Part shown: in pieces, positions 51,830-64,000 of the stretch
Position numbering within the stretch: the stretch's first letter is position 1
How the letters are laid out: every line of letters starts with the position of its first letter
Assembly: GCA_033442325.1 (NCBI GenBank)
Contig: JAWQFM010000004.1
Span: forward strand, 490,979-554,978
Length of the DNA: 64,000 nucleotides
DNA from: Salpingoeca rosetta
Lineage: Eukaryota; Protista; Choanoflagellata
Direction: 5' to 3'
Notes under the pieces: generated by a model
The model's input: only the letters and a program-made list of their open reading frames with translations
What the model was told of the DNA's origin: nothing
The model's database searches: none
Position numbers and translations under genes: made by a program

Positions 51830-52236
51830 TGTGTGTGAGTGTGTGTGTGCATGCTTGTGTGTGCGTGTGTGTGTGTGCGTGTGTGTGTGTGCGTGTGTGT
51901 GTGTGTGTGTGTGTACATGCTTGTGTGTGTGTGTGTTCATGCTCTTGTGTGCGTTTGTGTGTGTGCGTGCTTGTCTTGGTTGCACCATGTACTTGTCTTC
52001 AGGTCTTTGTGCATTTACACGTGGACGTCTGTTCCACCAAAGCAATGTATGCCGCTTCTTCCACGGCAGCCATAAGAGGCAAAGATGGGCTGCCTTACAG
52101 TTTTCAACGTGCCTTGCTTTGCTTCGCGTTGCTTTGTGTTGTTAATTGTGGTTGTGGTGATCGAGTCACGGTTGAAAGTTGCTCTCCCTTTATCCGAGTA
52201 CACACTTAAAATCAGCGTCTGGATCCAACCACGGCA

Positions 52237-52301
<65 letters not shown>

Positions 52302-52441
52302 AAAGTGCAAAGGCAGCTTTGTGCAGCTGTAGACAGTGGGTGGTTGTCGTGTCCTTGAGGCATGAGACACACGAGAAACGGAACAGAGATATGCAAACAA
52401 ACGCAGAAACATACACACACACACACACATAGTATCGGTAA

Positions 52442-57061
<4,620 letters not shown>

Positions 57062-57353
57062 TGTGCCTCAAAGTTTGACACACTTAAACAAGAAGAAGAA
57101 GGCAAGGGCAAGCTCTGCAAGCAACAAGGCAACAAAAGAAGAGCACCAAGAGCGGTGCTTGATGTGGCGCTTTGCTCTTCTTTGCTGCTGTTTGTGGAAA
57201 ATCACCTGAAGCCATTCACGATCTTCGACAACACAAGGCAGCAAAGAGAGAGAGAGAGGACTGCTGCTGTCTGTTTCCTTGCAGCACTGCTTGCTTGCTT
57301 ACTTGCACCAAACAAGAACAACATCTCACACACCAACATCCCATCACACCAAG

Positions 57354-58010
57354 ATGTGTGTGCGCCTTGTCGCGGCCTTCCGTGCCTGCATGCTCCTCGT
57401 TGTTGCTGTGCTTGCCAGCCTTGCGCTGTTTGGTGCTGCGCAAACGCAAACGCAAACGCAAGCTGAGACCTCGGACGAGGAGCTGTGTGTAGACCACCTT
57501 CGGCGAAGCATCGAGGACTTTGTGGATGCCATCACCACGTCTTCATCTGGGGACGAGGGCGTCATGCGAACGCGCATCCAGGAGCATGTGGACAAGTTCT
57601 ACACAGAGGACCTTGCTGCAGAGTTTCCGTCGTTCATGCCACGCACGCACGCCTCGATGGTGGACGCGTACAGCCAGGTGAACACGCCGCCGGGGTGCGG
57701 CCTCAAGGTGACGTTTGAGGTGACGGACGTCATGGCCGTCAACAACAGCGCCGTGGCCAGCAACAACCCGGAGGAGCGGCGCATCAACTGCGTCATGGCC
57801 ATGACGTTTGCCATGGCCACGTACTCCACGGAGAAGCCCGGCCCGCCGTGCCTCTTCACCGTCCCCGAGCGCCTGAACGCCCGCCTCAACCCGCACCTCG
57901 ACAAGATGGAGGTGTTCAACCTGAACGTGGACGGCCCGCTCATGGGCCAAAAGCTCGGCTCCTGCTTCAAGACGTGCTTCAGCGGTCATGGGGGGCACGA
58001 TGAGCTGTGA
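57354..58010 (+). CDS. Intronless 218-aa protein with signal peptide and C-terminal HDEL; possible NTF2/SnoaL-like fold
   Basis: Hydrophobic N-terminus (MLLVVAVLASLALFGAA), GC3-rich coding-like codons, six Cys in the mature part, ends GHDEL-stop. Confidence 0.85.
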   Translation: MCVRLVAAFRACMLLVVAVLASLALFGAAQTQTQTQAETSDEELCVDHLRRSIEDFVDAITTSSSGDEGVMRTRIQEHVDKFYTEDLAAEFPSFMPRTHASMVDAYSQVNTPPGCGLKVTFEVTDVMAVNNSAVASNNPEERRINCVMAMTFAMATYSTEKPGPPCLFTVPERLNARLNPHLDKMEVFNLNVDGPLMGQKLGSCFKTCFSGHGGHDEL

Positions 58011-58026
58011 CGAGGAGGAGTGGAAG

Positions 58027-58057
<31 letters not shown>

Positions 58058-58085
58058 GGAAGGTGAGGGGGGCGGATGGTTGTGC

Positions 58086-58162
<77 letters not shown>

Positions 58163-59525
58163 CGTGTGTGTGTGTGTGTGTGGTGGGATGTGGGCAATGA
58201 CGTGTTTGCATCTGTACTTCTTGTCCGCTCTCGCTGCCCCTCCTTCCTGTTGCTGTTACATTCTCTTCTGACTTGAGGCACAGTGACCGAGTGCTTGCTT
58301 GCATGCATGTGTTCTTTGTGTGCTTGTTTTGACTTGTGCTTCTTGCGTCTCTTCGTTCATCCCTTCATCCACGCCAGTGCATCCTCGTTTCAAAGTCATT
58401 CTATGATGTGCACGGTCGAGCAGCACACGCAAGTTGAACAAGTGCCATTCGTACACAAGCAAATCACAAGAAGCACCGAAGCAAGCCACAGTGTACACAG
58501 CCACCACCAACCCATCTCTCTTGATAACAACTGCACAGGTCAAACGCTGCTACGACAGAAGAAGCAGGATGAAGGAGAAAGTGTCGCGAAATGCCACACA
58601 TTGGAGTGAAAGCGAGGCGGCACCGCTCGACACTCGACACGACTGCGTGTTGCTGCAGTGGCTGCTTTGGTGGGTTGGAACTTTGACTGGGGGAATAAAT
58701 AACGTGCTGTCGCCTGTGCGCTCGCTCTTGTGTCGTCTCACCATGCTCCACGTCCTGGCGCAAAGGGTTTGCACAAGAGGGGCAGTCGAGTGGAAGCAGC
58801 GGACGAACGGGGGAAGCGTCCAGCACGTGTACGCCATCCTCTCAGTTGCGCATTGCGGTGCGTTGTGTTGTGTGCAGGAGCAGATGCGCATCACATCACA
58901 GCACACATTTGTTTGGTTCCATTGCCGCCGTCGCCGCTGCTGCTGCTTGCTACTCGTGCAATGTATGGGATGCCACTATCTGTGATAATCATCATGCCCA
59001 TCAGCAGTGTCCATGTGTTTGAACCACATCAAATGCGCCTGCGTGATGCAGTTCATTCGGCACATCCATCATGTCGCCATCCCTCCATAAGCAAGCAGGT
59101 GTGATGACTGACTCACTGACATGGAATGGTAGTCAGGCAGTCGCTTCTGAACGCTGCCTGCCTACACATTCAGCCCACAGGGCGACTGCTGCTCGCTGTA
59201 TTGTTGGTGCTGCTGCTCTGCAGTGGTTGGTTGTGTAGTTGCTATGGCTTGGTGATGTGCACATGGAGGCTGCACAAGACGGACGACAACAAACAATGAG
59301 TGTGTGTGGGGGGGGGGCTACACACAATCAACCAGGCAAAGAAGACAGACAGAGAGAACAGAGGAGAAAGAAACACGGGGCGCAGTAATTGGGGCGAGGA
59401 GACAGAAGGAAGTAATTGTGGTAAGAACAACCATCACACACGACATGGACAGGGAACGGGTGGCAGCGGAGCTGGGTGAACGTAATGATAGCAGCAGGAG
59501 CGAGGGGTGTGTCCGTTGGACGGGG

Positions 59526-60991
59526 TCAGCACGGCGATGGGCAGTTGTGCAGGGAGACGCCCGCATCGTAGCGGATGCACGTGCCTACGCCCTTGCAGTC
59601 GAGGCTGGTGACGCTGGTGTAGCGAATGTCGATGAATCCACCCACGCTGGTGATGCTGCCAAAGTCGATGTTAGCGAGGGCACGGTTGGATCTGACGTTG
59701 ACATCTACACCCACGCTGGTGATGCTGCCAAAGTCAATGCTGGTGAGCACATCGTTGCTGTAGATCGCGACGTATCCTTCCACACTAGTTAGGCTGCCAA
59801 AGTTGATGCTCGTGAGGGCGTCGTTCTCGCTGATGTCGATGTGTCCTCCACCCGCGCTGGTGATGCTTCCAAAGTCGATGTTGGTGAGGGCACGGCTGGC
59901 TCTGACCAAGATGCCTCCCACACCGCTGATGTTACCAAAGTCAATGCTGGTGAGGGCGTAGTTGCCACTGAAGCTGATGTATCCGCCCACGCTGGTGATG
60001 TTACCAAAGTCAATGCTGGTGAGCGCATCGTTGTTGTAGATCGTGACGTGTCTTTCCACACTAGCGAGGCTGCCAAAGTCGATGCTGGTGAGGACGGCGG
60101 TGTCAGTGATCTGCATGAATCCACTCACACTAGTGAGGCCGCCAAAGTCGATTGCAGCGAGTGTATCGCCGTCGACGTTGATGATACCCACAACCTTCTG
60201 CACAGACCCAAATTGCAGGCTCGTCAGCGTGCTGTTCAGCGCAACAGAGCCTGTCACAGACTCCAGGTTGTAGAACTCATCACAGCAGCAATTCACCACA
60301 GCAGCAGCTTGGCGCAGCTTGGCGCTCGCAAACTGGGCCCGAGACTTGAGATCGCCACAGTCCAGGGTTGCCGAACTGCCACCCATGCCCAGCACAGCCA
60401 AGGGCACCGCAACTGCAACGCCCACCACGACCGCCACCGCAAGCGCCACCAGTATCCTCTTCCAGCCACACCCGCGCTTGGTCACAACTGCATCGTCAGC
60501 AACCTCCATCGAGAACGCCTTGATGCCCGCCGGCGCCGCCCGCATCGACAGCGATCCAGACGAGGGCCGCCCGCTCCGCAGAAAAGCGGCGTCATCCACG
60601 CCAGCATCGGTATCGTCACCCACATCGCCACTCATCGTGCCATACACCCCAAAGCCAGCTGCATCAGGACAGGCATACACCTGGTCATCGTGCCCACCGG
60701 CAATCTCCTCGTATTTCTGCTCTGGGTTCCACGGCTGCTGTTGCTGATGCAGGCGCTCCGCGCGGGCCACGCCAATGCAGGCATCCGGGCCAGCATGGTC
60801 CTCGGCCTCGTCCGCGCGTCCCACATCGTACACCACCTCAGGTGTCGTCCCACGCTCTTCACCGGCCTGCCGCTGCTGCTGTGACTGCGTCTCCACAACC
60901 CGGCACTGCAACTGCATGCACACAAGCACCGTACATGTCAGGCACGCGTGAGTGCCCCGTGTCTCGCACAAACACAAACACGCACACACTT

Positions 60992-61034
<43 letters not shown>

Positions 61035-61310
61035 TGCCAGGCTTACCGTGCGTGTCATGGACTCGCGGTTCGTGGACAGGTGCTCCAACATGGCGGACAG
61101 TGTGCCGCATGCTTTTGCAGGCCGCGTGCCGTTCACCACATAGCTGCCATCCAAGCCTCTCTCCAACACGTGATGCTCCACAACACCAGGATGCGCAACC
61201 TGTCGGGCAGCAACATGGTGGCAGTGAGATCGATATCGTACCCATGGACACACACGCACACAGCACACCATACACACACACACATACACACACACGCACA
61301 CAGCACACCA

Positions 61311-61352
<42 letters not shown>

Positions 61353-61829
61353 CAGGCTGACGATCACAGCAGTGTTGCGTTTCTTCTTGCGCCTCACGAG
61401 ATAGTCCCCAGGCATTGCGTCGTCTCGGTCCAGTAGGATTGCCTCCGCCGCCTCGCGCGACATCACGGGCACATTCGGCGGCGGCAGCGCCCCATACCCG
61501 TGCCGTCCACGCTCAAACGGTGCCGCGTCCGCCGGTGCTGCTGTCTCAGGAATTGTCTGTCATGGGCAATACAAGAAACACAGGCATAGTTCAGCAAAAC
61601 TCACACACAGACACACAGACACACAGACACACAGACACACAGACACACAGACACACAGACACACACACAGACACACAGACACACACAGACACACAGACAC
61701 ACAAACACACACACAGACACACACACAGACACACACACACACAGACACACACACAGACACACACACACACACACAGACACACACACAGACACACACAGAC
61801 ACACACACACAGACACACACACACAGAGA

Positions 61830-61860
<31 letters not shown>

Positions 61861-62333
61861 GCGCACGAACACAATGCAAAAAGAATCACCTTCAGCTTCG
61901 CCACAATTTCGTCGACCAGAGCCGCAGGGACCTCAACGTGCGGCGCACCCTCGTCAGGGGTCCATGGGAAGTACGAAATGTCCTCTGACAGCCGAAACTG
62001 CGCCTCAGGCTCAGCAAAGTCGTCACACATCTTCACCAAAAAGAACGGCTTGCTGCGGTTGACAATGTATCGCAGCTCCTCAAACGTGCTGAACTTCGTG
62101 GCCGTCCGCTTGCCATATGTTCGCGTGCCCAGAATCACAGCCATCCGACACCCATGCAGTGCCCGAATCACCGCGCTCGCAATGTCATCGCCAGGCGCAA
62201 CGTCGCACAAAAACGTCTTGATACCGCGCTCCTCAAGTGCCCGCTCAAGCGCACGCCCCGCGTTCCTCGCCTCGCTGAAGCGAAGCGAAATAAACACATC
62301 AAACACCCCGTCTGTGCTCACAACACCAGCCAT
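59526..62333 (-). CDS. Type II membrane receptor: TIR - SH2 - Tyr motifs - TM - extracellular L-domain-like 22-aa repeats (728 aa)
   Basis: Phase-0 GT-AG exons 61890-62333 (TIR: [11 protein letters not shown]...RGIKTF...STFEELRY), 61353-61556 and 61047-61199 (SH2: [11 protein letters not shown]...PGDYLVRR...VEHHVL...SYVVN...TLSAMLEHL), 59526-60911 (YDV, YEEI, YAC, YGT; [24 protein letters not shown]; ~10 [14 protein letters not shown] repeats). Confidence 0.88.
59590..60270 (-). repeat. ~66-bp coding tandem repeat (L-domain/LRR-like solenoid)
   Basis: Recurring GCTGGTGATGCTGCCAAAGTCGATG-type core on the + strand at ~66-bp spacing. Confidence 0.9.
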
Positions 62334-63089
62334 CGTGAGATCGTGGTTGCTGTCCTCGCTCACTAAATTCGAGTCTTCACAGACGAACGTAAATGCACGC
62401 CACACACACGCACAACAAGACAGCAAATCACCGGAACCACATTTTCCTGTCTCCAGCCATTTCCCCACAAAATTCATGACACAGCGCAACCACGCCCACT
62501 TCACCATTAAATAATTTCAGCATTTCGCGATGATACCCGTAGTCGACCAATGTAGGAGATGTGTATTGGAGTGGACTTGAGGACTTGATACAGCAATGGG
62601 CAATGAACACAGACAGTAGGCAAGTGCAAGTGCAGGTGCAAGAGCAAGCGTGGTTGGTGTTGTGTGTATGTGTGTAGTGTGGTGTAGAGTAGTGGTGGTT
62701 CGGAAGCAGGGAGTGCTGGAGTGGAACCACTACAATACCGCTCGCCGTAGCCGGCAAACGACCTGCCCGTCCCTACACAGGGCTTGGTCGAAACTCACAC
62801 ATGCCAGCGCAAACACATTGAATGTGTTTGCGCGCGTACTCTGCTTTGCCACACAACCTTTACTGTCGTCATCGATCCACTGGCAGGATGCATTTTGTTT
62901 CTTGTTGATTTTCATTCAATTCTGTCTCTTCGTGTGAGATCACCTGATCATGTACAGCGACAATTACACGGATCTCGTGCGTGTGGAGCACGGCATCGAC
63001 GCGGACGTCGATTGGCTGCACCGGCTCACACGCTGTTCCAAGGAGGATGACTGAGGAGGATTAGGAGGACTGATAGCAGTTGCACTGCT

Positions 63090-63997
63090 TTGCCCACCAG
63101 TTTGCCTAGTCATCCAGAGAGACCGCCGCGTATCCTATCGCGAGAAGAGGAGAAGGCGCGAGTACGACACGACAAGGCGATTGCTCACATGGAGAAGGCG
63201 AAGGAGATCTTCATAGCGACGCTGGGAAGCAGCAACCCAACCACAGCGGCCGTTTACATGAACCTGGGCGTCGCCTACACCGACAGCGGTGTGCCCATCC
63301 CACAGTCCCTCAAAGACACGCTGTCCCGCATCCAGCCGTTTGCCAACACCCGCATGGCTGAACAAGAACAAGAACAAGAGCAAGGAGAACAGCAGCAGCA
63401 GGGTGGAGGTGACGACGAGGCACACGGTGTTGCTGCCAAGCCCACGGCTGTGCACGACCCTCATCAGTACAAGAAAGACGGCGATGCTGGCAGTGACTAC
63501 AACAAGAGCAGCGACGCGTCCTCCGAGACCACGCTGCAGCGCGTGTTTGTGCTGGAGACGACAGACACGCGTGCGGCGCATGCGTGCGTGCGCAAGATGC
63601 CTCTGTCTCGCACAAGTTTGTGGCGCGGCTGTGCTACCCAAACGACGTGCATGTGGCGGTGCTCGACCCCAAGCTGGGCGGCCTCCTGTCGGACCTCGTC
63701 GACGCATTCACCAAGAGCAGCGTGGCCAAGGACCTCGATGTGCTTGCGGCTGCAAGCATGGGTAACCGCATCTGCTTCACGGGCAGCAACGCCGTGCCGG
63801 TGTGGTCGCAAGCCAAGCTGTTTGCAAGCTTCCTCGCGCCCGCCTTCCACCCGTTTGCCCGCAGCGACCGCGTGCTGGGCGACGACAAGATCATGGAGCA
63901 TGTCCTGAACGACTACGGCCTCAGGCTCGTGCGCTACCCGACGCCTGGCCTGCTGCCCCACGCCGACACGGCACACGGGGCCATGCGGGATGTGTGA
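63090..63997 (+). pseudogene. TPR-containing gene fragment with apparent frameshift near 63590
   Basis: One kinesin-light-chain-type TPR (DKAIAHMEKAKEIFIATLGSSNPTTAAVYMNLGVAY); coding-like sequence then moves to frame 63584-63997. No clear start; at window edge. Confidence 0.45.
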
Positions 63998-64000
63998 AGT

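Noticed and set aside
58283-59330. ORFs of 100-180 aa between the HDEL gene and the TIR receptor
   Set aside because: No recognisable motif, codon bias or consistent splice structure.
62510-63060. Short coding-like patches upstream of the TPR fragment
   Set aside because: Interrupted by stops with no identifiable homology.

Overview
Intron-rich eukaryotic DNA with (GT)n/(CA)n tracts in almost every intron and two 100-N gaps. Gene content and repeat style suggest a choanoflagellate such as Salpingoeca rosetta (inference). Most ORF-track entries are microsatellite artefacts, so genes were rebuilt by hand from splice sites. The left ~47 kb is mostly housekeeping: SET1 H3K4 methyltransferase (with in-frame ELP2-like exons inside it), tektin, GCNA, flotillin-2, a POT1 with a probable extra N-terminal OB fold, ALG13 with a hydrophobic tail, a Q/H-rich protein, a bacterial-type bestrophin, two tandem ENT transporters and a small three-exon LAMTOR5. 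The right ~17 kb looks like an accessory signalling/immunity region: a disrupted DUF4062-NACHT-WD40 STAND gene, an LRR receptor TKL kinase, an intronless HDEL protein, a TPR relic and the top finding, a four-exon 728-aa receptor with the order TIR - SH2 - tyrosine motifs (incl. YEEI) - TM - extracellular 22-aa L-domain-like repeats, i.e. an inverted (type II) Toll-like architecture with a built-in SH2. All homology calls come from recognising motifs by eye, not from database searches.
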